DNA from: a virus
DNA length: 64,000 nucleotides
Virus record (IMG/VR): IMGVR_UViG_3300040807_002082
Location: 13,681-77,680 of that record
Strand: one strand, 5' to 3'
Part shown: piece after piece, positions 38,771-48,739 of the stretch
How the letters are laid out: each line of letters opens with the position of its first letter
Numbering within the stretch: position 1 is the stretch's first letter
Translations under genes and position numbers: made by a program
The notes under the pieces: generated by a model
Database searches by the model: none
What the model saw: the letters and a program-made list of their open reading frames with translations, nothing else
Told to the model about the DNA's origin: nothing

Positions 38771-39271
38771 ATGCTTGCGTACATCAAAATTGGAATTGTT
38801 GTAGTAATTTTAGCAACCGGCGGTGTCGGCTATCTATACGTCCAAAAGCTGCAATCTGATTTGCAGACAGCCCGAGCAAACGTGGCAAAAATGGAAGTAG
38901 CAGTAGCGACCGCCGAAGCTAGTATTGCGACATTACAACAAGATGCCGCAAAGATGGCTGAACTCAACAATAAATTGTCTTCTGATTTACAAAAAGCTGA
39001 AGCGTACGGCGACGATTTGCGTGGTAAACTTCAAAGACATAATTTAACGGCTTTGGCTCTTAAAGAACCTGGCCAACTTGAAGGAAAGATGAATGGCGCG
39101 ACTGCAAAGTTATGGCGTTCGCTCGAGCAAGATACTGGCGGTGCTGGCGATGATCCTCTTCCTTCCTGGTTGCAGCGCTCTCCTCCTCGGGAAGCCGGAA
39201 CCGGAAGTGAAAGTGGTGACACAGATCCAGAAAACGACAGTACCGACGGTAGCTCGGCCGAAACCAATTAA
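38771..39271 (+). CDS. Inner-membrane spanin (Rz-like)
   Basis: N-terminal TM helix plus coiled coil, downstream of the endolysin. Confidence 0.75.
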   Translation: MLAYIKIGIVVVILATGGVGYLYVQKLQSDLQTARANVAKMEVAVATAEASIATLQQDAAKMAELNNKLSSDLQKAEAYGDDLRGKLQRHNLTALALKEPGQLEGKMNGATAKLWRSLEQDTGGAGDDPLPSWLQRSPPREAGTGSESGDTDPENDSTDGSSAETN

Positions 39272-39491
39272 TTTAACAGACACACGTTTATACGTTGTCA
39301 ATACTGGTAATCTTGAAGAATTCTTAACGGAATTTGAAGAGGTCAATGGCAACCGAGCGTTTATCGCGTTTAGTGTTAAAGATTATGAAAATCTTTCTCT
39401 AAACATTGCTGAATTACGTAGATACATTAAACAGCAAGGCGAGATAATTATTTACTACGAAGAGGCGGTTAAACCCGAAGAACCTGAATAA
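39093..39491 (+). CDS. Outer-membrane spanin lipoprotein (Rz1-like)
   Basis: Hydrophobic stretch plus lipobox LPGC; overlaps the i-spanin in another frame. Confidence 0.75.
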   Translation: MARLQSYGVRSSKILAVLAMILFLPGCSALLLGKPEPEVKVVTQIQKTTVPTVARPKPINLTDTRLYVVNTGNLEEFLTEFEEVNGNRAFIAFSVKDYENLSLNIAELRRYIKQQGEIIIYYEEAVKPEEPE

Positions 39492-39531
39492 ATAGTTATA
39501 TAAAATAACAAGCTTTAGACTATGAGAAAGT

Positions 39532-39557
39532 GGCCGCCTTATAAGTGGCCTTTTTTT
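39532..39557 (+). terminator. Intrinsic terminator
   Basis: GGCCGC/GTGGCC stem plus T7. Confidence 0.7.
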
Positions 39558-39577
39558 ATATACAAGGTAGCAAATAG

Positions 39578-40072
39578 ATGGAAGACCAAATAGTAGAAAT
39601 GAAGACAGACATAGCTCTTATTAAAGCCGATGTGCAAAACATTCAAAGGTTTTTCACAAAGGTAGAAGCGTCTTTAGATATGATGGCCGAATTGTCTAAA
39701 AAAGTTGCTGTTCAGGATGAAATAATCAAAAATACGGTTGACAAACTCGAAGATCTTGATACAATGGTACAAGAGCATAGGGTTGAAGACCAAGAACGTG
39801 CTCAGCGTATGATGGATCGCTTAGATGAATACCGCGCCGCGGCATATCAAGACCATCAACGTTTGGCAGATCATACTGCTACAAAAAGAGAAGCTCATAA
39901 TCGCATTATCATTGATGAGCTGCGTGAAATGAAACAAATGATGGAAGACAGGTTTGATGAACAAGATGAAAAGATTCAAGATCTTCAGCGTTGGAAGTAT
40001 TACGCAATGGGTGCGATTGGTGTAGCTATGTTTGTGATGGTAGAAATGAATTGGCAATTAATGTTTGGATAA
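39578..40072 (+). CDS. Coiled-coil protein with C-terminal TM helix (holin/XhlA-like candidate)
   Basis: Heptads then WKYYAMGAIGVAMFVMV. Confidence 0.55.
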   Translation: MEDQIVEMKTDIALIKADVQNIQRFFTKVEASLDMMAELSKKVAVQDEIIKNTVDKLEDLDTMVQEHRVEDQERAQRMMDRLDEYRAAAYQDHQRLADHTATKREAHNRIIIDELREMKQMMEDRFDEQDEKIQDLQRWKYYAMGAIGVAMFVMVEMNWQLMFG

Positions 40073-40085
40073 AGGAAATTAACCA

Positions 40086-40114
40086 TTGACATTTGGCCCT
40101 GATCCGATTATAAT
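40086..40114 (+). promoter_or_regulatory. Consensus sigma70 promoter for primase
   Basis: TTGACA-17-TATAAT. Confidence 0.85.
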
Positions 40115-40147
40115 CTAACAATAAGATTATAGATTGAGTTTTACATT

Positions 40148-41161
40148 ATGGTTGACTTTACAGATTTGAAGTATGCGCAGATGATGTCTGGCAGGTTGGA
40201 AAACTTCCGCATACGAAATCGCTCACCTTACAAAATTAACTTCAGATGTCCTATCTGTGGTGATTCCCAAAAATCAAGGTCTAAGGCCCGTGGATGGCTG
40301 TTAGAAAAGAAAGATAGTTTCCATTACTATTGCCATAACTGTGGTGCCAGTCAATCCTTCCAGTTCTTTCTGAAGTCCCAGGATCCTATGACGTATAATG
40401 ATTACGTCGCCGAAAAGTTTGTGAACAAAGCAAATAACTCAATTAAAACAACAGAGTCAGATGTTACACAGTTCCAAACAAAGCAACCAGTGTTCCAAAA
40501 AAATCCACTAAAAAAATTGAAAAAGGTAAGTCAATTACCCCATAATCATGCGATAGTGAGATATATAAAACAAAGGAGAATTCCAACTCATCATCATTAT
40601 AGGCTGTACTTTGCGCCAAAATTCAAAACCTGGATCAACGAAATCTTGCCAGGTAAATTTGAAAATGTTGGCAAAGATGAAGCTCGTTTGGTTATACCAT
40701 TCCTTGATGAAAAAGGTAAAGTCTTTGGCGTTTCAGCGCGTGGGTTTGACCCTAATGGCATACGTTATATAACGATTATGTTTGATGAAAGGCCAAAGAT
40801 TTTTGGTCTTGATAAAGTAAACTTCAGCCATCCATATTATATTGTGGAAGGTGCAATTGATAGTTTCTTTTTAGAAAATGCAGTAGCAATGGCAGGAGCC
40901 GAAGGAACAACGAAAGGAGTTCAACAACCCGAGAATGCGATTTTTGTATTTGATGCCGAACCTCGTAACAGAGAAATCCATAAGCGTATGGAAAAGGTTA
41001 TCAAAAATGGTTACAAGATCTGCATTTGGCCTAATGATTTACCAGGCAAAGATATAAATGAAATGTACCTCGCAGGTTTAAATCCTGAAAAGATTATTGA
41101 AGAAAATACACACAAAGGCTTACAAGCCGAATTGAAATTTGCCGAATGGCGAAAAGTTTAA
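40148..41161 (+). CDS. 61: DNA primase gp61
   Basis: FRCPICGDS...CHNC Zn finger; VEGAIDS; D.EPRN; KDINEM. Confidence 0.96.
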   Translation: MVDFTDLKYAQMMSGRLENFRIRNRSPYKINFRCPICGDSQKSRSKARGWLLEKKDSFHYYCHNCGASQSFQFFLKSQDPMTYNDYVAEKFVNKANNSIKTTESDVTQFQTKQPVFQKNPLKKLKKVSQLPHNHAIVRYIKQRRIPTHHHYRLYFAPKFKTWINEILPGKFENVGKDEARLVIPFLDEKGKVFGVSARGFDPNGIRYITIMFDERPKIFGLDKVNFSHPYYIVEGAIDSFFLENAVAMAGAEGTTKGVQQPENAIFVFDAEPRNREIHKRMEKVIKNGYKICIWPNDLPGKDINEMYLAGLNPEKIIEENTHKGLQAELKFAEWRKV

Positions 41162-41174
41162 GGAGCAATATAAA

Positions 41175-41861
41175 TTGAATGCACGTCTCATCTCACATAG
41201 TCAACCCTCAAATCGAATCCACGCTGGCGAACTTGCAGCGCAGGGGCTTGACAACATCCAAGACCTCATCGCCTACGCAGCCCGTGTCTCCAATCCAGCC
41301 AATCAGGCTAACACCAAAACAACAGCAAAACTACTTGACTATCTCATCAAGCACAAGCACTGGAGCCCCTTCGAAATGGCAAGCGCCTGCATCGAAGTTG
41401 ACACAACCCGAGACATTGCAAGACAACTCCTCAGACACCGTTCGTTTTCATTTCAAGAGTTTTCTCAGCGGTATGCTGATGTGCGCGATCTTGATGATTC
41501 TGTTGTAATTCGTAAGGCACGGTTGCAAGATCCAAAGAATCGCCAAAACAGCGTAATGACTGATGACGTAAGTCTACACCAATCGTGGGAAACACATCAG
41601 CGCTTAGTATGGAATGCTGCGATGAAAGCATATAGCTGGGCAATTGAAAATGGTATTGCCAAAGAACAGGCACGATCTGTTTTGCCCGAAGGAAATACCC
41701 CTTCACGTCTATACGTCAATGGTACTATTCGTTCTTGGATTCATTATATTGAATTGCGTTCAGCAAATGGAACACAACAGGAACATATGGATTTGGCAAT
41801 TGCTGTAGCTGAGGCTATATCCAAAATTTACCCAGATGTAACTAAATTTATTTCGGAATAA
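41175..41861 (+). CDS. thyX: Flavin-dependent thymidylate synthase
   Basis: HWSPFE, RHRSFSFQEFSQRY, E.ARSVLP; TTG start with AGGAG. Confidence 0.96.
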   Translation: MNARLISHSQPSNRIHAGELAAQGLDNIQDLIAYAARVSNPANQANTKTTAKLLDYLIKHKHWSPFEMASACIEVDTTRDIARQLLRHRSFSFQEFSQRYADVRDLDDSVVIRKARLQDPKNRQNSVMTDDVSLHQSWETHQRLVWNAAMKAYSWAIENGIAKEQARSVLPEGNTPSRLYVNGTIRSWIHYIELRSANGTQQEHMDLAIAVAEAISKIYPDVTKFISE

Positions 41862-41889
41862 GACATATATTGATGATGTGTACCAATAA

Positions 41890-41905
41890 ATACAATATGT
41901 TGTCT
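41890..41905 (+). promoter_or_regulatory. Putative NrdR box
   Basis: ATACAATATGTTGTCT vs consensus acaCwAtATaTwGtgt (13/16), 27 nt upstream of nrdA. Confidence 0.55.
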
Positions 41906-41932
41906 TAATAGATTATTAGAAAAGGAAAACCT

Positions 41933-44230
41933 ATGATTCAGGTAGTAAAACGTGATGGGCGTAAAGAAACACTAGATATCGAGAAATTTCACAAAGTTGT
42001 ATTCCATGCTTGTGAAGATGTCACTGGTGTTAGCCCATCGGAAGTGGAAATCAAAAGCCAAATCCAATTTTTCAATGGAATGTCAACAAAAGAAATTCAG
42101 GAAACATTGATTAAAGCTGCGTCTGATCTGATTTCTGAAGAGACTCCAAATTATCAATTTGTTGGCGGCCGTTTGATTAATTACGCTTTACGAAAAGAAG
42201 TCTATGGATCCTTTGAACCGATCCACGTTAAGGAATTGGTTGAACGTAATACTGAGCATGGCTTTTACGATCCTGAATTAATTACTTATTACAATGATGA
42301 AGAATGGGACAAGATCAATGGTTTCATTAAGCATCAGCGTGATGAACAACTAACATATGTTGCCATGGAACAATTGCGTGGCAAATATCTGTGCCAAAAC
42401 AGAGTTACAGGAGAAATCTTTGAAACACCGCAAATGTGTTATATCTTGATTGCTGCAACTCTTTTCAATAACTACCCAAAAGAAACCCGTTTGAAATGGG
42501 TTAAGGACTATTATGACGCCATCTCTCTTCACGATATCAGCCTTCCTACTCCTGTCATGGCAGGTGTACGTACTCCTCAACGTCAGTTCTCGTCGTGCGT
42601 ACTTATCGAAACAGGTGATTCCCTTGACAGCATTAATGCTACTTCTAGTAGCATCGTTAAGTACGTATCCCAAAAAGCAGGAATTGGAATTGGGGCTGGT
42701 TCAATCCGCGCTATCGGTTCACCTATTAGGAAAGGAGACGCGTACCACACAGGAGTAATTCCTTTCTATAAGCACTTCCAATCTGCAACTAAATCTTGTT
42801 CTCAAGGTGGTGTTCGTGGCGGTGCTGCAACTTTGTATTATCCTATTTGGCATTATGAAGTTGAAGATTTGGTTGTCTTAAAAAACAACAAAGGTACCGA
42901 AGACAACCGCGTACGCCATATGGACTACGGTGTTCAATTCAACAAACTAATGTATGAACGTTTAATCAAAGGTGAAGAAATTACATTGTTCTCTCCTAAA
43001 GATGTCCCAGGTTTGTATGATGCGTTCTTTGCGGATCAAGACAAGTTTCGTGAGCTATATGAAAAAGCTGAACGCGCCACGAGTATTCGCAAGAAGAAAA
43101 TTCCTGCGGCTCAGCTGTTCAGTATGTTTATGGAAGAACGCAAAAATACTGGTCGCATTTATCTACAAAACGTTGATAACGCAAATGATCATGGCGCGTT
43201 TTGGCCTGAGGTTGCGCCGATTCGTCAATCAAACCTTTGCGCTGAAATTGATTTGCCAACCAAACCATTGAATGATATTAATGATCCTGAAGGTGAAATC
43301 TCTCTATGTACTCTAAGTGCTATTAACTGGGGTAACGTTAAATCGCCGGCAGATTTTGAAAAGGCATGTACACTTGCTGTTCGTGGTCTAGATGCTCTAC
43401 TTTCATACCAAAATTATCCTATTTTGGCTGCACAGCTTTCTACTGAAAAGCGTCGTCCTATTGGTGTTGGTATTATTAACTTTGCATATTGGTTGGCTAA
43501 GCAAGATTTGACATATCAAGATATTACTCCTGAAGGTCTTGAGCTGATTGACGAATATGCCGAAGCATGGTCCTATTATCTGATTAAGGCATCAGCCGAT
43601 CTCGCGGTTGAGCAAGGCGCCATTCCCGGTGTAATGGAAACTAAATACGGTAACGGTATTACGCCAAACCAAACATACAAGAAGGATCTCGACGATCTTG
43701 TTCCTCACAAAGAGCGTATGGATTGGAATGGTTTGCGCCGTCAACTTAAAGATACAGGCATTCGTAATTCTACCTTAATGGCATTGATGCCTTCAGAAAC
43801 AAGTGCACAAGTTGCCAACGCTACGAACGGTATTGAACCACCTCGGTCGTTGATTTCCGTTAAGCAATCAAAGCACGGTGTACTCAAGCAGGTGGTTCCA
43901 CAATTCCACCATTTGAAAAATAAGTATGATTTGCTGTGGGATCAAAAATCTCCGCAAGGATACTTAAAGATTATGGCTGTTCTTCAGAAATACATTGACC
44001 AAGGTATCTCTGTCAATACAAGTTATAATCCGCAATTCTTTGAAGATGAAAAGATTCCAATGAGCGTGTTACTACAAGACCTTCTTATGTTCTATAAGTA
44101 TGGAGGTAAGCAATTGTATTACTTCAATACATATGATGGTCAAGGCGAACTTGATATTGATAAGATGACTGAAGAACCCCTTGCTCAAGGCGAAGTTGAC
44201 GATGACGATTGCGAGTCTTGTAAAATCTAA
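41933..44230 (+). CDS. nrdA: Class Ia ribonucleotide reductase alpha subunit
   Basis: ATP cone VVKRDG, FSSCVL, SNLCAEI, LYY, C-terminal CESC. Confidence 0.98.
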   Translation: MIQVVKRDGRKETLDIEKFHKVVFHACEDVTGVSPSEVEIKSQIQFFNGMSTKEIQETLIKAASDLISEETPNYQFVGGRLINYALRKEVYGSFEPIHVKELVERNTEHGFYDPELITYYNDEEWDKINGFIKHQRDEQLTYVAMEQLRGKYLCQNRVTGEIFETPQMCYILIAATLFNNYPKETRLKWVKDYYDAISLHDISLPTPVMAGVRTPQRQFSSCVLIETGDSLDSINATSSSIVKYVSQKAGIGIGAGSIRAIGSPIRKGDAYHTGVIPFYKHFQSATKSCSQGGVRGGAATLYYPIWHYEVEDLVVLKNNKGTEDNRVRHMDYGVQFNKLMYERLIKGEEITLFSPKDVPGLYDAFFADQDKFRELYEKAERATSIRKKKIPAAQLFSMFMEERKNTGRIYLQNVDNANDHGAFWPEVAPIRQSNLCAEIDLPTKPLNDINDPEGEISLCTLSAINWGNVKSPADFEKACTLAVRGLDALLSYQNYPILAAQLSTEKRRPIGVGIINFAYWLAKQDLTYQDITPEGLELIDEYAEAWSYYLIKASADLAVEQGAIPGVMETKYGNGITPNQTYKKDLDDLVPHKERMDWNGLRRQLKDTGIRNSTLMALMPSETSAQVANATNGIEPPRSLISVKQSKHGVLKQVVPQFHHLKNKYDLLWDQKSPQGYLKIMAVLQKYIDQGISVNTSYNPQFFEDEKIPMSVLLQDLLMFYKYGGKQLYYFNTYDGQGELDIDKMTEEPLAQGEVDDDDCESCKI

Positions 44231-44293
44231 TTGACATTTATTTAATTTGTGATATATTTGAAAATATATTAATCAAAAAAAGAAGGAAAACGA

Positions 44294-45421
44294 ATGAGTG
44301 TATTCGACGTACAAAACCGTGTTGACCATACAGCTGTTGCGGCATTTTTGGATCCTAGCGGTGGTCCTACAATTCAACGCTATGATACACTAAAGTATAA
44401 GCAATTTGACCAATTGACTGATAAGCAATTAGGTTTCTTTTGGCGTCCTGAAGAAGTTGATATTTACAAAGATGCAAAAGATTTCAAAAATTTAACTGAG
44501 CACGAACAGCATATCTTTACTTCCAATCTAAAGCGCCAAATCCTTCTTGATTCTGTTCAAGGCCGTGCACCTGCTGAAAGCTTTGGTTCTATTGTTTCGT
44601 TACCTGAACTTGAAAATTGGATTATCACTTGGACGTTTTCTGAAACAATCCACAGCCGTTCTTATACGCATATTATTCGTAACGTATATTCAAATCCGTC
44701 TAAGATCTTTGATGAAATGATGGATATTCAAGAAATCGTTGATTGTGCTGATTCCATTTCAGGCTATTATGATGAGCTCATTAAAATGGCAGGTTACTAC
44801 AATTTGTTGGGTGAAGGCCGTCACGCTATCAACGGCGACATTGTTGCTGTAGATCTATATGAAATGAAAAAGCTTTTATACCTTACGCTGATGAGCGTAA
44901 ACATTTTAGAAGGAGTTCGTTTCTATGTATCATTTGCGTGCTCGTGGGCGTTTGCCGAGCTCAAGAAAATGGAAGGTAACGCTAAGATTATTAAGCTTAT
45001 TGCTCGTGATGAGAATCTCCATTTGGCTTCAACGCAAATGATGTTAAAATTGCTTCGTAAAGAAGATCCTGACTTTGAAAAGATTGCGACTGAAACTGAA
45101 GAAGCATGTATTCAAATGTTTGTAGACGCAGTTGACCAAGAAAAAGCTTGGGCTGAATACCTATTCAAAGATGGGAGTATGATTGGATTAAATACTGAGC
45201 TGTTGAGTCAATACATTGAGTATATTGCCAATCGCCGTATGACCAATGTTAAATTAAAATCTCCTTACAATATTAAAAACAATCCATTACCGTGGACACA
45301 AAAATGGATTTCAGGCGCAGAGGTGCAGGTTGCTCCTCAAGAAACTGAAATTACTAGTTATGTACAAGGTGGAACTAAACAAGACGTATCAACTGACACA
45401 TTTAAAGGATTCTCACTATGA
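44294..45421 (+). CDS. nrdB: Ribonucleotide reductase beta subunit
   Basis: FFWRPEE, ETIHSRSY, LEG.RFY.SF, DENLH. Confidence 0.98.
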   Translation: MSVFDVQNRVDHTAVAAFLDPSGGPTIQRYDTLKYKQFDQLTDKQLGFFWRPEEVDIYKDAKDFKNLTEHEQHIFTSNLKRQILLDSVQGRAPAESFGSIVSLPELENWIITWTFSETIHSRSYTHIIRNVYSNPSKIFDEMMDIQEIVDCADSISGYYDELIKMAGYYNLLGEGRHAINGDIVAVDLYEMKKLLYLTLMSVNILEGVRFYVSFACSWAFAELKKMEGNAKIIKLIARDENLHLASTQMMLKLLRKEDPDFEKIATETEEACIQMFVDAVDQEKAWAEYLFKDGSMIGLNTELLSQYIEYIANRRMTNVKLKSPYNIKNNPLPWTQKWISGAEVQVAPQETEITSYVQGGTKQDVSTDTFKGFSL

Positions 45422-45672
45422 CCGTAGAAATTTGGGGTAAGGAAGCTTGCCCATCATGTAAATCAGCAAGACAGTTTTGTAGATCTCGAAACCTAGATTT
45501 TGATTATAAAATTCTAGGAACGGATTTTACTCGTGAAGAAGTGTTTGAAAACTTTCCTGAAGCAAAAACTTTTCCACAGATTAAAGTTAATGGTAGTATC
45601 GTTGGTGGTTATGAGGCATTTGTAAAATACGTTGAGGACACGGGATACACAGGAACTGGTCACTCATTATAA
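45418..45672 (+). CDS. nrdC: Glutaredoxin
   Basis: CPSC, TFPQI, VGGY. Confidence 0.9.
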   Translation: MTVEIWGKEACPSCKSARQFCRSRNLDFDYKILGTDFTREEVFENFPEAKTFPQIKVNGSIVGGYEAFVKYVEDTGYTGTGHSL

Positions 45673-45693
45673 ATAATTCGTAATAATAATTAA

Positions 45694-46902
45694 GTGAGTT
45701 ATATTATGGATTACTTGCAATATTTTGAGGATACGATAAAAGACTTTAAATCCGATGGACGATATAGAGTCTTTAACGATATCATTCGAGAAAAAGGAAA
45801 TTTTCCTAAAGCAATATGGTATGGTAAGTATGCTCCAAAAAATATTGTAAATTGGTGCTCTAATGATTATCTAGGTATGGGTCAAAACCAATATGTTATT
45901 GATGCCATGCACACTGCGTTAGACCAAACAGGCGCAGGTTCTGGCGGTACTCGTAACATCGGCGGGACATCCCAATATCACGTTACCCTTGAGCGGGAAC
46001 TTGCGCTGCTTCACAACAAAGAGGCGGCGCTTCTTTTTTCTTCGGCATATGTAGCAAATGAATGGTCGATTATTGCTCTTAGCCGTATTATACCAAATAT
46101 TTGTTATATTTCGGATACAAAGAATCATGCTTCTATTATTATGGGTGTTAAGCATAGCCGAGCACCGAAGCATTTGTTTGAACATAACAATATGCAAGAC
46201 TTGGAAGAAAAACTCGAAACCGCAGTTAAGAATAACCAAATCCCTTGTATTCTATTTGAGTCAGTTTATTCCATGGACGGTGATGTATCACCCATCAAAG
46301 ACATCTGTGATTTAGCAGATAAATATGGGGCAATAACTTATATTGATGAAGTTCATGCAGTTGGTTTGTATGGAGACACCGGCGCAGGTTATTGCGAACA
46401 GTTAGGTCTCCAAGATAGGATAACAATTATAAATGGAACATTGGGAAAAGCCTTTGGGGTTCAAGGTGGGTATATTGCTGGCGATCGCATTGTTACTGAC
46501 GCTATTCGGTCCGTGGCTTCTGGGTTCATCTTTACAACAAGTATCTCGCCCGCAATCTGCGCAGGTGCTATTGCCTCCATCAAATATCTCCGTGACCATC
46601 CTTCCCTCCGCAGAAGACATCAGAAAAAAGCAGAACAATTAAAGTATCTGCTCGGCCACGAAGATATTCATATTCATCAAAACGCGTGCACACATATCGT
46701 ACCCGTGATGGTTAACGATGCGTTTAAATGTAAAGCCGCGAGTGACCGTCTATTGAATGATTATGGAATTTATATTCAACCAATTAACAGTCCTACAGTT
46801 GATCCTGGTACTGAAAGATTACGTATTGCGCCAACCCCTTATCACGACGATATAATGGTTATTGAATTGGTTACTGCATTGAAAGAAGTACTATGTGGGT
46901 GA
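45694..46902 (+). CDS. hemA: 5-aminolevulinate synthase (Shemin pathway)
   Basis: [43 protein letters not shown]; late promoter 45668-45675. Confidence 0.95.
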   Translation: MSYIMDYLQYFEDTIKDFKSDGRYRVFNDIIREKGNFPKAIWYGKYAPKNIVNWCSNDYLGMGQNQYVIDAMHTALDQTGAGSGGTRNIGGTSQYHVTLERELALLHNKEAALLFSSAYVANEWSIIALSRIIPNICYISDTKNHASIIMGVKHSRAPKHLFEHNNMQDLEEKLETAVKNNQIPCILFESVYSMDGDVSPIKDICDLADKYGAITYIDEVHAVGLYGDTGAGYCEQLGLQDRITIINGTLGKAFGVQGGYIAGDRIVTDAIRSVASGFIFTTSISPAICAGAIASIKYLRDHPSLRRRHQKKAEQLKYLLGHEDIHIHQNACTHIVPVMVNDAFKCKAASDRLLNDYGIYIQPINSPTVDPGTERLRIAPTPYHDDIMVIELVTALKEVLCG

Positions 46903-47069
46903 TAAGAAATAAAGAAGGCGAATTGATTGGTATGTCTCCACGTAAAGAAGAAGCAATTAATATGGCTGAAAGAAACTATAAACGTGATGAATATATAATT
47001 GAAGAAGCGTTAGATCAGATTGAGTTGTTTCAAATCTATCGTTCTTATTATAAAACGAGGTCAATATGA
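46893..47069 (+). CDS. Small hypothetical protein (58 aa)
   Basis: Manually read ORF overlapping both neighbours. Confidence 0.6.
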   Translation: MWVIRNKEGELIGMSPRKEEAINMAERNYKRDEYIIEEALDQIELFQIYRSYYKTRSI

Positions 47070-47542
47070 ATCAACTTGAAGCCGCATTTTTCGGCAAAAC
47101 AATATGGAAGAAAGAGAATAAGATGACTAAATTGAAAAAAGCATTCTGGTTTGTACTTGGTATTTTGTGTTTGGGTATTGCATACCTAGGCGTAATTCTA
47201 CCAGGTATTCCGTGGAGTACCCCGATCCTTGGCGCAGCATTTTGCTTTGCTAAGTCGAGCGAAAAGTTCCACAATTGGATTATGAACCATAAACTGTTTG
47301 GACCATTCATTACCGAATGGCAAACGTATAAAGTATATCCACAAAAAGGCAAGTATATTATGATGGCGGTTATGTCAACATCACTTGCCGTAATGTGGTT
47401 TGGTACAGGCAATCCGATGGCAACGTTATACTTGTTTATCTTGTTTGCTTTGATTGTTACGTGGGCATGGAGATTTCCAGGTTCGAAAGAAGAAGCACAG
47501 CGTCGTATTGATGCAGGAGAGAAGCTTGGCTGGTTTAAATAA
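47066..47542 (+). CDS. YbaN/DUF454-like inner membrane protein
   Basis: G.ILPGIP.STP.L.AAFCFAKSS.KFHNW...HKLFGP.I..W. Confidence 0.85.
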   Translation: MNQLEAAFFGKTIWKKENKMTKLKKAFWFVLGILCLGIAYLGVILPGIPWSTPILGAAFCFAKSSEKFHNWIMNHKLFGPFITEWQTYKVYPQKGKYIMMAVMSTSLAVMWFGTGNPMATLYLFILFALIVTWAWRFPGSKEEAQRRIDAGEKLGWFK

Positions 47543-47713
47543 AGAAGAACATAAGGATTGGTGCGCTAGCTTAAATACACTACTTTTAAGCCATCCACCA
47601 AAACCTGCACCTTGTAATTGTAGATAAATAAAGATAATAACGCCCCTCAGGCCACGTATATCAGCTCTAACCGAGGGGTCACTTTTCACAATGATTTTGA
47701 TGACGGAGACATT

Positions 47714-48739
47714 ATGGCAAAACGAATTCTTATCACCGGTGGCGGTGGTTTCATTGCGCATCACTTAATTAATCAAGTACTTATCCGAACAGATTGGGAA
47801 ATTGTAACGCTTGATCGCTTAGATTACAGTGGCAACCTTAATCGCTTACACGATTTGCTACAAGACAGGACACCTGCTGAACGCAAAAGAGTACGAACAA
47901 TCTTTCATGATTTAAAAGCAGAAATCAACCCAATGCTCGAAGCAGACATTGGTCCTGTTGATATTATTGCCCATCTTGCAGCAGGTTCTCACGTTGACCG
48001 TTCTATTGAGCGCCCAATGGAATTTGTAATGGACAATGTTGTTGGTACTTGTAACCTATTAGAATATGCTCGACGTCAGGACAATCTTGAAAGATTCCTT
48101 TATTTCTCAACAGATGAAGTATTCGGCCCAGCACCTGAAGGAGTAAAATACGATGAGTATGATCGTTATAATTCAACTAATCCGTACTCTGCGTCAAAGG
48201 CGGGCGGCGAAGAACTTGCGGTAGCATTCCAAAATACTTATAATATGCCAATCTATATTACGCATACTATGAACGTATTTGGCCAACGCCAGCATCCTGA
48301 GAAATTTATTCCTTTATGTATCCGTAAAGCTCGCGATGGTGAAACGGTAACAATTCACAGTGATGAAACAAAAACAATTCCAGGAAGCCGTCATTATATC
48401 CATGCCGAAGACGTGGCTGATGCTACACTCTTTTTGTTAGAACATAACAATACTTTGGATATGACAAATAACACAGGAATCAAATGTCCTAAGTTTAATA
48501 TTTGTGGTGCAACCGAATTGAATAATCTTGAGCTTGCACAAATGATTGCTGATGCACAAGGAAAGGAATTGAAATATGAGTTTATGGACTTCCATAGCAG
48601 TCGTCCTGGTCACGATTTGCGTTATGCTCTTAGTGGGGATCGCATGTTACGTATGGGCTGGGGCCCACAACCAGTTGAACGACGAATTGAAGAAGTTGTT
48701 AGATGGACTTTAGATAACACAAGGTGGCTTGATATATGA
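47714..48739 (+). CDS. NAD-dependent sugar dehydratase (dTDP-glucose 4,6-dehydratase-like)
   Basis: ITGGGGFI, HLAA.SHVDRS, STDEV, YSASK, RPGHD.RY. Confidence 0.92.
   Translation: MAKRILITGGGGFIAHHLINQVLIRTDWEIVTLDRLDYSGNLNRLHDLLQDRTPAERKRVRTIFHDLKAEINPMLEADIGPVDIIAHLAAGSHVDRSIERPMEFVMDNVVGTCNLLEYARRQDNLERFLYFSTDEVFGPAPEGVKYDEYDRYNSTNPYSASKAGGEELAVAFQNTYNMPIYITHTMNVFGQRQHPEKFIPLCIRKARDGETVTIHSDETKTIPGSRHYIHAEDVADATLFLLEHNNTLDMTNNTGIKCPKFNICGATELNNLELAQMIADAQGKELKYEFMDFHSSRPGHDLRYALSGDRMLRMGWGPQPVERRIEEVVRWTLDNTRWLDI

Noticed and set aside
40079-40091. CtrA-like TTAACCAT (also near 1408)
   Set aside because: Part of the recurring AACCATTGACA promoter context; no TTAA-N7-TTAA site.
7516-45421. 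Introns or inteins in genes 43, 41, nrdA and nrdB
   Set aside because: All are continuous and of normal length.
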